The notes under the pieces: model-generated
Seen by the model: the letters and a program-made list of their open reading frames with translations, nothing else
What the model was told of the DNA's origin: nothing
The model's database searches: none
Origin: Deinococcus radiodurans R1 = ATCC 13939 = DSM 20539
GTDB taxonomy: Bacteria; Deinococcota; Deinococci; Deinococcales; Deinococcaceae
DNA length: 32,000 nucleotides
Direction of reading: 5' to 3'
NCBI RefSeq assembly: GCF_000008565.1
Contig: NC_000958.1
Coordinates: 145,467 to 177,466, forward strand
Program-made: the position numbers and the translations under genes
In this document: one piece after another, positions 8,677-19,655 of the stretch
How positions within the stretch are numbered: position 1 is the first letter of the stretch
Layout of the letters: every line of letters starts with the position of its first letter

Positions 8677-10185
8677 TTAATCCAGACGACCCGATCTGAA
8701 GTCCGCCCAGTAACTCTCCAGCTCACGGTGCACCACCGGCAACAGCAGGTATAGGCCAATGATGTTGGGAATAGAGGCGATAAACAGCAGCGCGTCGGAG
8801 AGGTTCACCACTGCGCCCAGACTCATGCTCGCGCCGATCACGACAAAGCTCAGAAAGACCAGCTTGAAGAGGTTGGTGGCCAGTTCGCTCGGACCAAGCA
8901 GATACCGCACCGCGCGGGTGCCGTAGTAGGCGTAGCTGATCATGGTGCTGAACGCGAAGAGGGCCACGGCAATGGCGAGCACCGAGCTGAGCAGCGGCGA
9001 AACGCTGCGGAAGGCCGCGTTCGTCATCGCCACGCCCGCCACATCGGTCTGGGCGTAGGCACCGGTCACGATCAGGGCGAGCGCCGTCATCGTGCAAATG
9101 ACCACCGTATCAATAAATGGCTCGAGCAGCGCGACGAAGCCCTCAGTGACGGGCCGGTACGTTTTGACAGGGCTGTGGGCGATGGCGGCCGAGCCGATGC
9201 CGGCTTCGTTGCTGAACGTTGCGCGCCGCATGCCCTGAATCATCACGCCGATAAAGCCACCGGCGATGCCCTGCGGCGCAAAAGCGCCTTGCCAGATGGC
9301 AGAGAAGGCGGCGGGCAAGGCAGAAAAGTTCAGGGACAGAATCAAAATGATGGACACGATATAAATCGCAGCCATGGCGGGGACGAGTTTGCTGGTCACG
9401 TTGGCGATGGCGCGAATCCCACCCAGGATGACCGCGCCGACGAGCAGCGCCAGGCCGAGCCCAATCAACCAGGCCGAGCCTGACAGAGGGCTGGCCGGGC
9501 CACCCGTGGCGTTGATGATCTGCTGCGCCGCCTGGTTGCTCTGAAACATGTTGCCCGCCCCCAGAGAAGCAAAGATCATGCACAGGGCGTAAAACGGCCC
9601 CAAGACCCGGCCCAGCCCCGCTTTCCCTATTTCGGCCAGCCCCCGGGTCAGATAAAACATCGGGCCACCGTCTACGCGCCCATCGGGGTTGATGCGGCGG
9701 TATTTGACTCCGAGGGTACATTCCACAAACTTGGTGCTCATGCTGAGCAGGCCGACCAGAATCATCCAGAACGTCGCGCCGGGCCCACCGAGGCTCAGGG
9801 CGACCGCGACCCCGGCGATATTTCCCAGACCCACCGTCCCGGAAACGGCTGTGGTCAGCGCCTGAAAATGCGTGACCATGCCTGGCGCGTCGGCGTCGTT
9901 GCCGTAGCGGCCACGCACGAGGTCGATCCCGTGTTTGAAGCCCCAGATATTGACGAAGCGGAAGCTGAGCGTGCAGACGATGGCGGCGACCGCCAGCCAC
10001 ACCACGATCAGCGGCACCTGGGCCTCACCGACGGAAATGCTGGCGAAAATGAGGCCTGATAAAAAGTGGCTGACGGGCGTGACCACCGCGTTGATCCGCT
10101 CATCCACGCTCGGGCCCTGGGCTGAAGCCCAAGAGACGGCGCCCAGCAGGCCAGTGAACACGAGTGCTGCTGGGAGGCGCCCCAT
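8677..10185 (-). CDS. Alanine/glycine:cation symporter (AGCS family)
   Basis: AGCS-family pattern (GGPGATFWMILVGLLSMSTKFVECTLGVKYR; NEAGIGSAAIAH). The ORF track starts at 10320, but that extension runs into a terminator hairpin. I prefer ATG at comp. 10183-10185 (MGRLPAALVFTGLLGA...). Confidence 0.9.
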   Translation of the reverse strand: MGRLPAALVFTGLLGAVSWASAQGPSVDERINAVVTPVSHFLSGLIFASISVGEAQVPLIVVWLAVAAIVCTLSFRFVNIWGFKHGIDLVRGRYGNDADAPGMVTHFQALTTAVSGTVGLGNIAGVAVALSLGGPGATFWMILVGLLSMSTKFVECTLGVKYRRINPDGRVDGGPMFYLTRGLAEIGKAGLGRVLGPFYALCMIFASLGAGNMFQSNQAAQQIINATGGPASPLSGSAWLIGLGLALLVGAVILGGIRAIANVTSKLVPAMAAIYIVSIILILSLNFSALPAAFSAIWQGAFAPQGIAGGFIGVMIQGMRRATFSNEAGIGSAAIAHSPVKTYRPVTEGFVALLEPFIDTVVICTMTALALIVTGAYAQTDVAGVAMTNAAFRSVSPLLSSVLAIAVALFAFSTMISYAYYGTRAVRYLLGPSELATNLFKLVFLSFVVIGASMSLGAVVNLSDALLFIASIPNIIGLYLLLPVVHRELESYWADFRSGRLD

Positions 10186-10310
10186 CCATGGCTCTTGAGC
10201 AGAACTGCTGCCGCTCTCCGAACTCAACGGCCTGCTCCTTGCAGACGCCGTTCGACTCCAGTCGGCGCTCTCAGTAGGTGACAACTTCGGTTCGACGTTG
10301 TCCCAGACGG

Positions 10311-10354
10311 CAAAAACCAACAGTCGGCCCCATCAAGCTTGATGGGGCCGACTG
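10311..10354 (-). terminator. Perfect 34-nt palindrome (15-bp GC-rich stem, AGCT loop) followed on the minus strand by TTGGTTTTTG; candidate rho-independent terminator
   Basis: 10321-10354 CAGTCGGCCCCATCAAGCTTGATGGGGCCGACTG equals its own reverse complement. A T-rich tail follows only on the minus strand (comp. 10311-10320). Confidence 0.5.
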
Positions 10355-10370
10355 TTCGCGGTGTCCTGAG

Positions 10371-11602
10371 AGTGTGAAATCAACAGAGGGGAGCTGCCCA
10401 GCAGGCTACCGCACTCACCGGGCACTTCAAAACGCATGCCAGTCACCTCCGCATCGATACACTCCAGCGCCTCATTGACGTCCTCCTGGCGATGATTGAC
10501 GCGAGGAGCGTCAATCATCACGACCTGAGTGCCCATATGCCGGGGATGAGTACCCCGCAGGGCAAGAAGAGACGAGCAGACCGCACCTTCCGGGATGAGC
10601 AGCTGGACAGGGGCTTTTTCATCGCTCTGCTTGTCGTCCATCTTCCACCGGGGAAGGTTTTGCTAAGTCTGGACCGCACCAATTGGGAGCACGGGGAAAC
10701 GCCCATCAACTTTCTGGTGCTTGGAGCCGTGGTTCACGGCTTCACCCTGCCGCTCATCTGGGTGCCTCTCGACCAGTCTGGGAACAGTCACACCTACGCT
10801 CGAATGTGGCTGGTGTTGAAGCTCCTTCGGGCCTGGCCAGCGAAACGCTGGCTGGGTCTGGTGGCCGATCGGGAGTTCATCGGCGCGGAATGGTTCCGCT
10901 TTCTTCGTCGTCAGGGCATCAAGAGGGCAATTCGTATCCGACAGACCGACATGCTAGACGACATGAATGGGAAAGAGTGGTTTGAGCATGTCCAGCACGG
11001 TCATTTTCACGAGATCGGCGAAAAGGTGTTCGTGTTCGGGGAGTTGATGCGGGTGGTCGCAACGAGGTCACCTGTGGGTGACCTCGTCATCATCGCCACA
11101 GATTTCAGTGCTCGGAAGACCTGGAGGCTCTACAAACAGCGCTGGTCGATTGAGTGCACCTTCAGCAGTTTCAAAAAGCGAGGCTTTGACTTAGAGCGAA
11201 CCGGAATGACGGAAAGGAGCCGTCTACAGCGACTCTTCGGACTGGTGACATTGGCTTGGATGTTCTGTTTGCGCCTGGGGGTCTGGCTGAGCCAGACCTG
11301 GCCCATCCCTGTTCTAAAGCATGGTCGGAGAGCGGTCAGTCTGGTACGGCACGGCGCTCAGCATCTCGTGGATGCCCTACGGTGGAAACCCCAACAGTTC
11401 ATGGCGATCCTGGAGGTGTTCATCCAGGCTTTTTGCCTGCCAGGAGCGGCTGAAAGTGAAGTTGTCACCTACTGAGGAAACCGGTACATTTCCACGACAC
11501 GGCTTGTCAAATGGCTCACTTCGCATTTGGTCGCCGCTTCCTTCAGGGCCAACAGCGGTGCCTTCTATGACTGAAGTGTCCAATATCCGTTTTTTTCACA
11601 CT
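10371..11602 (+). mobile_element. IS4-family element, boundaries tentative (possibly 5'-truncated)
   Basis: It contains an IS4-type transposase ORF. AGTGTGAAA at 10371-10379 is the reverse complement of TTTCACACT at 11594-11602, with partial similarity further inward. That is weak IR evidence. Confidence 0.4.
10492..11475 (+). CDS. IS4-family DDE transposase (start uncertain or N-terminally defective)
   Basis: Motifs LSLDRTNW, LVADREF and YKQRWSIECTFSSFK (Y-2-R-3-E-6-K) are present. The same frame is open for 38 more sense codons back to 10378 without any ATG/GTG/TTG, and is preceded by GTG-TGA at 10372-10377. Confidence 0.8.
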   Translation: MIDARSVNHHDLSAHMPGMSTPQGKKRRADRTFRDEQLDRGFFIALLVVHLPPGKVLLSLDRTNWEHGETPINFLVLGAVVHGFTLPLIWVPLDQSGNSHTYARMWLVLKLLRAWPAKRWLGLVADREFIGAEWFRFLRRQGIKRAIRIRQTDMLDDMNGKEWFEHVQHGHFHEIGEKVFVFGELMRVVATRSPVGDLVIIATDFSARKTWRLYKQRWSIECTFSSFKKRGFDLERTGMTERSRLQRLFGLVTLAWMFCLRLGVWLSQTWPIPVLKHGRRAVSLVRHGAQHLVDALRWKPQQFMAILEVFIQAFCLPGAAESEVVTY

Positions 11603-11706
11603 ACGGGGCCAAACAACGGAAGTTACAGCTTGTCATGGCTTAATGAACTTGCAATAACTAAAGCGATGCACAGCCGACCTTCTTTCCTCTCTTCCCACCG
11701 CGCACT

Positions 11707-14700
11707 GTGAATATTTTCGAGTTCCGTCAGGAAGTCATCAACCAGTACGCCTCCTACGTCTCTTCCTTCGTTTATATCCGCGACCGGGACGTGCGCGCCT
11801 ATGTGGACGCACAGATGCGGAGTGGGGTCTTCTGGCCTGATCCTCTTGCGCAACTCAACCCCAACTTCACGCCGGGCGGCAGCGTCAGTGACCTTGTCAG
11901 TCAAGGGGTCCTGCACCCGGACTGCGCCGCGCTGTTTGCGGCTGGTGAGCCGCGCTCTCCCCTCAACTTGCACGCCCACCAGCGCGACGCGGCTCGGCTG
12001 GCCCGTGAGGGGCGCTCGTATGTCGTGACCACCGGTACCGGTTCGGGCAAATCACTGACCTACATCCTCCCTATCGTGGACCACGTGCTGCGCCGCGGCA
12101 GCGGCAAGGGCATCCAGGCCATCGTGGTCTACCCGATGAACGCGCTTGCCAACAGTCAGGTGGAAGAACTCAGCAAGTTCCTGGGCGACAACGGACCCGT
12201 GACTTTTCGGCGCTACACCGGCCAGGAAAAACGCGAAGAAAAAGACGCCATCATCGCCAATCCGCCGGACATCCTGCTGACCAACTACATGATGCTGGAA
12301 CTGATTCTCACCCGGCAGGACGAAGCCGCGCTGGTCCGGGCTGCTGAGGGCGTGCGCTTCGTGGTTTTTGACGAGCTTCATACCTACCGTGGGCGGCAGG
12401 GGGCAGACGTAGCGCTGCTGATTCGCCGCCTGCGCGAGAGACTAAGGGCCCCCGACGCCATTTGCGTCGGTACCAGCGCCACGATGTCGTCCAGTCCGGT
12501 GTATGCCGAGCGGCAAAGGGCTGTCGCGGACGTGGCCTCGCGGCTCTTTGGGTTGGACATGACCCCCGAGCAGGTCATCGGGGAAATGTTGGAGCGCGTG
12601 ACCTCAGGCGAGCCGGGCACCGCCGAGCTGAAAGCTGCCGTGGCCGCGCCAGTGCCGTCCACCTTTGAAACCTTTATTCGCGACGCCTTGGTGGTGTGGC
12701 TTGAAAACATGGTGGGCCTCCGGTGGGACGGCGAGGCGAAGCGCTATGACCGACAACCACCACAGGCCGTGGCGGGGGACGGGGGGCTGGCGGCGCAGCT
12801 CGCCCTGGAAACGGGCCTCCCCGTGATGCAGTGCCTGGAAGCCCTGCAAGGCCGCCTCCTCGCCGGCAACGCTCTGCAGCACCCGGCCACGGGGCGACCG
12901 GTGTTCGCGTTTCGGCTTCACCAGTTCATCAGCAAGGCGGCCACCGTCTACGCCCCGCTGCTGCCCTGCGCCGAGCGCCTGGAACACCTCACGTTGCGCG
13001 GACAGGTGTACGCCCCGGAGAGTGGGCGCACCCTGCGGCTTTACCCACTGGAGTTTTGCCGCAACTGCGGGCAGGAATACTACTCAGTGCGCCGCGTCCC
13101 TGACCCTGACACGGGCCGTGAGGTGTTCGTGGCACGCGGCAATGAGGCCCGCCAAGAAAGCACGCCGGACGACGGCTATCTCTACCTCGGGGACCCCCCC
13201 TGGCCCCTGGACGAGGAGAAGCTGCTTGAGCGCCTGCCCGACAACTGGCTGGAGGAGAAGAACGGCCAACTGCGCGTGAAGTCCAGCCGCCGTGGGCAGC
13301 TCCCACGTACCGTGCGGGTGAGTGGTCTGGGTGAAGTGGGCCAAGCGGAAAGAGTCCGCGCCGCATTCATAGAAGGCGAATTCCGCTTCTGCTTGTGCTG
13401 CGGCGTGAGTTATCTGGGCCGCACCGGCAAGCTGACCAAGCTTGCCACCCTGTCGAGCGAGGGGCGCTCCACGGCCACGACGCTGCTCAGCATGGCGGCG
13501 GTGCAGGGGCTGAGAAAGTCCGACCTGCGGGACACCGCCCGCAAGATTCTGTCGTTTACGGACAACCGTCAAGACGCCTCTTTGCAGGCCGGGCACTTCA
13601 ACGATTTCGTGTTCGTGGCCTCGCTGCGCGCCGCGTTGGCGCGGGCGCTTAAGGCAAGCCCACTCACGCTCGAAGACGTAGCCCAGAAGGTGTTTGCAGC
13701 GTTAGAGCTGGACCTCGCTGCGTTCGCCAGCGACCCCAACGTGCGCTTCGGCGAGCGCGACCGCACCCTCAAGACGGCCCACAACCTGATTGGCTACGCG
13801 CTCTATGCCGACCTTGCTGAAGGCCGCCGCCTGACCCTGCCCAACCTCGAAGGCGTGGACCTTGTGCGCTTCGAGTACCCCTACCTGCGAGAGGTTTGCG
13901 AAGCCCAAGACCTCTGGGAGCGGGCCCATCCGGCCCTGTCGGTGGTGCGCAGCGGCGTGGTCGAGGCGCGTGAGCGTGCCGCGCGGGCGCTGCTTGACTG
14001 GCTGCGGCAAAACCTCGCCATCAAGGCGCCTTACCTCGATCCCGACTATCTGGGCGCTGTGGTGCTGAACCTGGGCCTGATCCGCGAGGACAGCCCCCTG
14101 TCCCTACCGCCCGAAGAGGCGCAGAACCTCACCACAGCGCGGCGAGTGGTACTGGGCACGCTGCCACGCGACGAGGGACGCTCCACCGGGCGACTCTCTT
14201 TGAGCGCCCAGGGGGCTGTTGGCCGCTACCTGACGCGCCCGGAAACGCTCGCCTGGAGCCAGGCCCTGAAGCGCGACGATGTGGACGCCATCTTGCATGA
14301 CCTCTTGCTGGCCCTCTCTGAGTTCATCGAGCAGGTGGAGCCGGGCGCCTACCAACTCAAGGGAACCAGTTTCACTTGGCACGCCGGGCCGGGCACCGAG
14401 CCGTCCGTGGACGCCTTGCGGGTGCTGCGTCCCGCGGGCAGCGAAGCGCCGCGCGTCAACTCGTTTTTCCTCTCGCTCTACCAGCAGCCCGCCGCCGAGT
14501 TTCGTGACCTTCACGGCGCCGAACACACCGCGCAGATTCGCGCTGAGGAACGCGAGAAGCGTGAAGAAGCCTTCCGCGCCGGCACCCTCCCCGCGCTGTT
14601 TTGCTCGCCCACCATGGAACTGGGCGTGGATATCAGCGACCTGAATGTGGTGCACCTGCGCAACGTGCCGCCCACCCCGGCCAACTACGCGCAGCGCTCC

Positions 14701-16827
14701 GGGCGTGCTGGGCGCAGCGGGCAGCCCGCACTGGTGATGACCTACGCCACCACCGGTAACAACCATGACCAGTATTTCTTCCGGCGCCCGGGGCTCATGG
14801 TGGGCGGCAGCGTCTCTACCCCGCGGCTAGAACTGGGCAACGAGGCGCTGGTCAGGTCGCATGTGCACGCCATCTGGCTGGCCGAGACCGGCCAGAAGTT
14901 GCCGCCTTCGGTGGCCGAGCTGCTTGACGTGAATGGTGAAGACCCCACTCTGGCGCTGCTGCCGGACTTCCAGCATCCGTTTCAGGATGAGGGCGTACAA
15001 AAGCGCACTCTGATTCGGGCACGGCAGCTCATCGCTGGTCTGGGCGTGGACCTCACAGGGACCGGGTGGTACAGCGAGGAATGGCTCACTTACACCGTCA
15101 AACACGCCGCCCGTGAGTTTGACCGGGCCTGCGACCGCTGGCGTGACCTTTACCGCAGCGCCCTCTCGCAGCTTCACCTCAACAACGCCGTGCTGGCCGA
15201 CGCGGGCAAACGCCACCTTCAGGAACAGGCGCGCCGCCTGCACGCTGAGGCGAACACGCAGCTCAGCTTGCTGCGCAGTCCTGAAGGCGAGCTGTCGGAC
15301 TTTTACACCTACCGCTACTTGGCTTCTGAGGGCTTCTTACCGGGATACAACTTCGCGCGTCTGCCCCTCTCGGCTTACATACCCGGACGGCGCGGCGCGA
15401 AGGCAGGAAGGGACAGCTACCTCTCGCGGCCCCGCTTTCTGGCGCTCTCTGAGTTCGGGCCAAACGCCATCGTCTATCACAACGGCGCGAAGTACGAGGC
15501 CCACAAAGTCATCGTGCCGGCCCGCGGTGAAACCAGTGAACTGCCCACAGTGAGTGCCCAGCGCTGTGAGCAGTGCGGCTACCTTCACCATGGCAGCGGC
15601 GACGTTCAGGGCGATCAGGGTGCCCGCGACGTGTGCGAGAACTGTCAGGCCCAGCTCGCGCCCCCGCGCCCGGACCTCTTCCGCATGACCTCAGTGGCGA
15701 CCCGCCGCCGCGAGCGCATCAGCAGTGACGAAGAAGAGCGGCGCCGGATCGGCTTTGACGTCAAGAGCGGCATGCGCTTCGCTTCGCGCGGGGGGCGGGC
15801 CGACCGCGTGCAGGCGCTGGCAGCCACCGACGCGCCGCTGCTGCGCCTGACTTACGGCGACGGCGCGACGCTCTGGCGCATCAACTATGGCTGGCGCAAC
15901 CGCGAAAACAAGCAGGAACTCGGCTTTCTCTTTGACCCCGAGACCTCACAGTGGCTCAGCAAGCAGGGGCACGAACGGAAGCTCAAGGCCGCCGGAGGAC
16001 GGGACGTGGCCGTGCAGCGAGTGATTCCCTATGTGGAAGACACCCGCAATGTGCTGCTGATTGAGCCGGCCCTTCCTCTGGATGCGGGCGGCATGGCTAC
16101 GCTGATGAGCGCTCTCAAAAACGCTGCGCAGCTCACCTACCAGCTGGAGGACAGTGAGCTCGCGGCCGAGTTGCTGCCCGACAGCCAGGAGCCGCGCCAA
16201 ATTCTGCTGTACGAAGCGTCCGAAGGCGGGGCCGGCGTACTGCAAGATTTGGTGTTCCGCTCGGGGGCGCTGGGTGAAGTGGCCGCCGCGGCGCTGGGCC
16301 TGCTGCACTTTGACCCCCTGACGGGCGAGGATCACGGGCACGCCCCCCACGCGGCGGAGCGCTGCGAAGCGGCCTGCTACGACTGTCTGATGACTTATGG
16401 CAACCAGACGTTTCATGACCTGCTTGACCGCTTCGCCGTGCGCGAACTGCTGCTGCGACTGCGTGAGGCGCGGGTCACCTTGCCCGGTGACGCAGGCGAC
16501 CCTTTTGAGACCCTCTGCGCGGCGTGCGGCAGTGAACTGGAGCGCGAATGGTTGCGCTTTGTGCGGGATGAGGGCCGGCGTCTGCCGTCACACGCGCAAC
16601 TGCTCGTGCCGGACCACTACGCCCGCCCGGACTTCGCGTACGCCGAGCAGGCGGCCCTGATCTTCATCGACGGGCCCCACCACGACCAGCCTGGTCAGAC
16701 AGGCCGCGACGCCCGACTGCGCGAAGAGTTGGAGTTTGCCGGGTATACCGTCGTGCCCTTTACGCATGACCGCAGCACCTGGCCGGCGCAACTTGCCCGC
16801 TACGCATTCATTTTCGGGGAAGGATAA
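11707..16827 (+). CDS. Large DEXH-box helicase fused to a DUF1998-type Zn-binding region and a C-terminal Vsr/DUF559-like endonuclease domain (DrmA+DrmB-like / DruE-like)
   Basis: 1706 aa with a GTG start.
- Helicase motifs: GTGSGKS (12031-12054), DELH (12370-12381), [19 protein letters not shown].
- CxxC...CxxC insert: 13057-13068 and 13390-13401.
- DUF1998-like region: [22 protein letters not shown] (15565-15644), [23 protein letters not shown].
- C-terminus: [12 protein letters not shown]...RPDFAY...LIFIDGPHH...[12 protein letters not shown], which resembles DUF559/Vsr-fold nucleases. Confidence 0.9.
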   Translation: MNIFEFRQEVINQYASYVSSFVYIRDRDVRAYVDAQMRSGVFWPDPLAQLNPNFTPGGSVSDLVSQGVLHPDCAALFAAGEPRSPLNLHAHQRDAARLAREGRSYVVTTGTGSGKSLTYILPIVDHVLRRGSGKGIQAIVVYPMNALANSQVEELSKFLGDNGPVTFRRYTGQEKREEKDAIIANPPDILLTNYMMLELILTRQDEAALVRAAEGVRFVVFDELHTYRGRQGADVALLIRRLRERLRAPDAICVGTSATMSSSPVYAERQRAVADVASRLFGLDMTPEQVIGEMLERVTSGEPGTAELKAAVAAPVPSTFETFIRDALVVWLENMVGLRWDGEAKRYDRQPPQAVAGDGGLAAQLALETGLPVMQCLEALQGRLLAGNALQHPATGRPVFAFRLHQFISKAATVYAPLLPCAERLEHLTLRGQVYAPESGRTLRLYPLEFCRNCGQEYYSVRRVPDPDTGREVFVARGNEARQESTPDDGYLYLGDPPWPLDEEKLLERLPDNWLEEKNGQLRVKSSRRGQLPRTVRVSGLGEVGQAERVRAAFIEGEFRFCLCCGVSYLGRTGKLTKLATLSSEGRSTATTLLSMAAVQGLRKSDLRDTARKILSFTDNRQDASLQAGHFNDFVFVASLRAALARALKASPLTLEDVAQKVFAALELDLAAFASDPNVRFGERDRTLKTAHNLIGYALYADLAEGRRLTLPNLEGVDLVRFEYPYLREVCEAQDLWERAHPALSVVRSGVVEARERAARALLDWLRQNLAIKAPYLDPDYLGAVVLNLGLIREDSPLSLPPEEAQNLTTARRVVLGTLPRDEGRSTGRLSLSAQGAVGRYLTRPETLAWSQALKRDDVDAILHDLLLALSEFIEQVEPGAYQLKGTSFTWHAGPGTEPSVDALRVLRPAGSEAPRVNSFFLSLYQQPAAEFRDLHGAEHTAQIRAEEREKREEAFRAGTLPALFCSPTMELGVDISDLNVVHLRNVPPTPANYAQRSGRAGRSGQPALVMTYATTGNNHDQYFFRRPGLMVGGSVSTPRLELGNEALVRSHVHAIWLAETGQKLPPSVAELLDVNGEDPTLALLPDFQHPFQDEGVQKRTLIRARQLIAGLGVDLTGTGWYSEEWLTYTVKHAAREFDRACDRWRDLYRSALSQLHLNNAVLADAGKRHLQEQARRLHAEANTQLSLLRSPEGELSDFYTYRYLASEGFLPGYNFARLPLSAYIPGRRGAKAGRDSYLSRPRFLALSEFGPNAIVYHNGAKYEAHKVIVPARGETSELPTVSAQRCEQCGYLHHGSGDVQGDQGARDVCENCQAQLAPPRPDLFRMTSVATRRRERISSDEEERRRIGFDVKSGMRFASRGGRADRVQALAATDAPLLRLTYGDGATLWRINYGWRNRENKQELGFLFDPETSQWLSKQGHERKLKAAGGRDVAVQRVIPYVEDTRNVLLIEPALPLDAGGMATLMSALKNAAQLTYQLEDSELAAELLPDSQEPRQILLYEASEGGAGVLQDLVFRSGALGEVAAAALGLLHFDPLTGEDHGHAPHAAERCEAACYDCLMTYGNQTFHDLLDRFAVRELLLRLREARVTLPGDAGDPFETLCAACGSELEREWLRFVRDEGRRLPSHAQLLVPDHYARPDFAYAEQAALIFIDGPHHDQPGQTGRDARLREELEFAGYTVVPFTHDRSTWPAQLARYAFIFGEG

Positions 16828-16829
16828 CT

Positions 16830-19655
16830 ATGACGTTTGATATCGGTTCAATGGTGCGTGCCCGTGGGCGCGACTGGGTGGTGCTGCCTGAAAGCGGCGC
16901 GGACTTCCTGCTGCTGCGTCCCCTGGGCGGCAGCGACGCAGAAATCGCGGGCGTGTACGCCGGGGAGGGTGGGGAGGAGGTCACCTCGGCAGCGTTCGCC
17001 CCCCCGAGCCCCGCGGCCTTCGGGACCGCGAGTGGAGCGCGGCTGCTGCTGAACGCGGCCCGGCTGGCGGTGCGCAGCGGCGCTGGGCCCTTCCGGTCCC
17101 TGAGCCGCCTGGGCGTGGAGCCGCGCCCGTACCAGCTGGTGCCGCTCCTCATGGCCCTGCGCCAGAGCCCGGCCCGGCTGATGATCGCCGACGACGTGGG
17201 CATCGGGAAGACGGTGGAAGCCGCCTTAATCGCCCGCGAGCTGCTGGACCGGGGCGAGATCGACCGCCTGACGGTCCTGTGCCCACCGCACCTGGCGGGA
17301 CAGTGGGTGGAGGAATTGCGGGTCAAGTTCGGCATCGACGCGGTGGCCGTGCTGCCCGGCACCGCCCGGCGCCTGGAAAAGGGCTGTAACCCTGGCCAGA
17401 GCGTCTTTGAGCGCTACAAATTCACGGTGGTCAGTCTCGACCTCGTGAAGTCGGACCGGTGGCGGCAGGACTTTCTGACCAATGCGCCCGATTTCGTCAT
17501 CGTGGACGAGGCGCACGCCAGTGCTGAGGGCGAGGGCATGGGCACCAAGCGCCACCAACGCTACCGGCTGCTCGAAGACCTCGCCAGGAAGGAAGACCGG
17601 CACCTGATTCTGGTCACCGCCACGCCCCACAGCGGCAAGGAAGACGCCTTCCGCAGCCTGCTGCGGCTGCTCAATCCCGACTTCGCCAGGCTGCCACTCG
17701 ACCTCAGCGGGGCGCAAAACGAGCGTGCCCGCGCGACCCTGGCCCGGCACCTCGTGCAGCGCGGGCGTAAGGACATCGCAGAGTACCTGCAGGAAGACAC
17801 TCCTTTTCCAACCCGGCGCGACGCCGAGCTGCACTACGCCTTGCACCCGGACTACGCCGCCCTCTTTGACGACGTGCTGGCCTACGCCCGCGAGAGTGTC
17901 CACGTGCCCGGCGAGGCCCAGAGCCGCACCCGCATTCGCTGGTGGGCGGCGCTGGGGCTGCTGCGGGCGCTGGCGAGTAGTCCGCAGGCCGCCGCCGCCA
18001 CCCTGCGCGAGCGGGCCATAGCGGCGGACGACGGAGAGACCGACGAAGCGGTGATCGACCGGCTGGGCCGCGAGCTGGTGCTTGACCCCGAAGAGGGCGA
18101 GGACAGTGCCCTGGACATGACTCCTGGGGCTCAGGTGGACGGTGAGCAGAGTGAAACCACCGGGCGGCTGCTGACGCTGGCGAGCCGGGCCGACGCCCTG
18201 GCCGGGGCCAAGGACAACAAACTGAAGCTGCTGACGGCGCAGGTGCAGGGGCTCGTCGATCAGGGATTTGCGCCCATTGTGTTTTGCCGCTTTATTGCCA
18301 CCGCAGAGGCCGTGGCCGAGCACCTCCGGGGGGCCCTGAAAGGCAGCGAAGTGCTGGCGGTCACCGGACGTCACACGCCCGACGAGCGGGTGGACCGGGT
18401 GGAAGAGCTCGCCCGCGCTGAGCGGCGGGTGCTGGTGGCGACCGACTGCCTCTCTGAGGGCATCAACCTGCAGGCGGCTTTCAGCGCTGTGATCCACTAC
18501 GACCTGCCCTGGAACCCCACCCGACTCGACCAGCGCGAAGGCCGGGTCGACCGCTACGGGCAGGCCAGCCCCGAGGTGCGGGTGCTGACCATCTACGGCG
18601 AGGACAACCGCATTGACACCCTGATTCTGGAGGTGCTGGTGCGCAAGCACCGCTTGATTCGCGCCACGCTCGGCACCAGTGTGCCGGCGCCGGAAGAGGC
18701 CGAGAGCCTGCTCGACGTGCTGCTCAGCCGGGTGCTGAACGCGCAGGGGCGCGAAGTGATTCAGCCGCTGCTCTTTGAGGACGTGCAGGCCTTTGACCTC
18801 AAGTGGCGCGACGCCGCCGAAGGGGAAAAGAAATCGCGCAGCCGCTTTGCCCAGAACAGCATCCGCCCCGAAGAAGTGGCGAGCGAGTTGCGGGCAGTCC
18901 GTGAAGCGCTAGGGGACGCGCACGCGGCGCAAGACTTTGTGCTCGACGCTCTGAGTGGAGCCGGCGTGAGTGTTTCACCGCGTGTGGACGGCAGCTTCGA
19001 GGCCGACCCCGCGCAGGCGGACGTGAGGCCCGAGTACCGCGATTTCCTGCGTGGGGCGCGGCGTTTTCGCTTCGACGCCCAGACTGAGCGCGGCGTGACC
19101 CCGCTTGCCCGCAACCACCCCCTCGTGGAGCAGCTCGCCAGTACGGTGCTGGGGCAGGCGCTCGACGCTCCGCTGGAGGCGGCGGCCAAACGGGTGGGCG
19201 TGATTCGCACCTCCAAGGTTGCCACGCAGACCACGCTGCTGCTGCTGCGTCACCGCTTTCACCTCACGGGGCGCAAGGGCAACCGGACGTGGCAGACGCT
19301 GGCTGAGGAACTCGACCTGCTCGCCTACGCGGGGCGGGCACCGGCGGACGGGAAAGGCGGCTGGCTGGACGCCGAAGCCACCCGCGCCCTGCTCGCCCTG
19401 ACGCCCGAAGGCAACCTCGACCCGGTGCAAAAAGAAGACCGCTTGACCCGCGTTCTGGCCGACGTTCAGGGCCTGGACGGGCCCCTGATGGCCCGCGCTC
19501 AGGAGCGCGCCGCCGCGCTGCTGGAGGCGCACGAGCGGGTGCGTGGGGCCGCGCGCGGGCAGGGCGTGACCTACAGCGTGGAACCGCCCGGCCCCCCAGA
19601 CCTGCTCGGCATTTACGTCTTCCTGCCCCTGCCCAAACTTGGAGCCCTGTCTTGA
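16830..19655 (+). CDS. SNF2-family helicase (DrmD-like)
   Basis: 941 aa. Motifs DDVGIGKT (17190-17213), DEAH (17505-17516), TATPHSG, and helicase-C [12 protein letters not shown]...[22 protein letters not shown]. It starts 2 nt after the preceding stop, with GGAAGGA as RBS. Confidence 0.9.
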   Translation: MTFDIGSMVRARGRDWVVLPESGADFLLLRPLGGSDAEIAGVYAGEGGEEVTSAAFAPPSPAAFGTASGARLLLNAARLAVRSGAGPFRSLSRLGVEPRPYQLVPLLMALRQSPARLMIADDVGIGKTVEAALIARELLDRGEIDRLTVLCPPHLAGQWVEELRVKFGIDAVAVLPGTARRLEKGCNPGQSVFERYKFTVVSLDLVKSDRWRQDFLTNAPDFVIVDEAHASAEGEGMGTKRHQRYRLLEDLARKEDRHLILVTATPHSGKEDAFRSLLRLLNPDFARLPLDLSGAQNERARATLARHLVQRGRKDIAEYLQEDTPFPTRRDAELHYALHPDYAALFDDVLAYARESVHVPGEAQSRTRIRWWAALGLLRALASSPQAAAATLRERAIAADDGETDEAVIDRLGRELVLDPEEGEDSALDMTPGAQVDGEQSETTGRLLTLASRADALAGAKDNKLKLLTAQVQGLVDQGFAPIVFCRFIATAEAVAEHLRGALKGSEVLAVTGRHTPDERVDRVEELARAERRVLVATDCLSEGINLQAAFSAVIHYDLPWNPTRLDQREGRVDRYGQASPEVRVLTIYGEDNRIDTLILEVLVRKHRLIRATLGTSVPAPEEAESLLDVLLSRVLNAQGREVIQPLLFEDVQAFDLKWRDAAEGEKKSRSRFAQNSIRPEEVASELRAVREALGDAHAAQDFVLDALSGAGVSVSPRVDGSFEADPAQADVRPEYRDFLRGARRFRFDAQTERGVTPLARNHPLVEQLASTVLGQALDAPLEAAAKRVGVIRTSKVATQTTLLLLRHRFHLTGRKGNRTWQTLAEELDLLAYAGRAPADGKGGWLDAEATRALLALTPEGNLDPVQKEDRLTRVLADVQGLDGPLMARAQERAAALLEAHERVRGAARGQGVTYSVEPPGPPDLLGIYVFLPLPKLGALS

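Noticed and set aside
10333-10641. 102-aa minus-strand ORF
   Set aside because: It is antisense to the open N-terminal frame of the IS4 transposase, and its stop lies inside the 34-nt palindrome. I recognise no family.
17226-18650. 474-aa minus-strand ORF
   Set aside because: It is antisense to the SNF2 helicase, whose motifs are unambiguous. It has low-complexity composition and no motifs.
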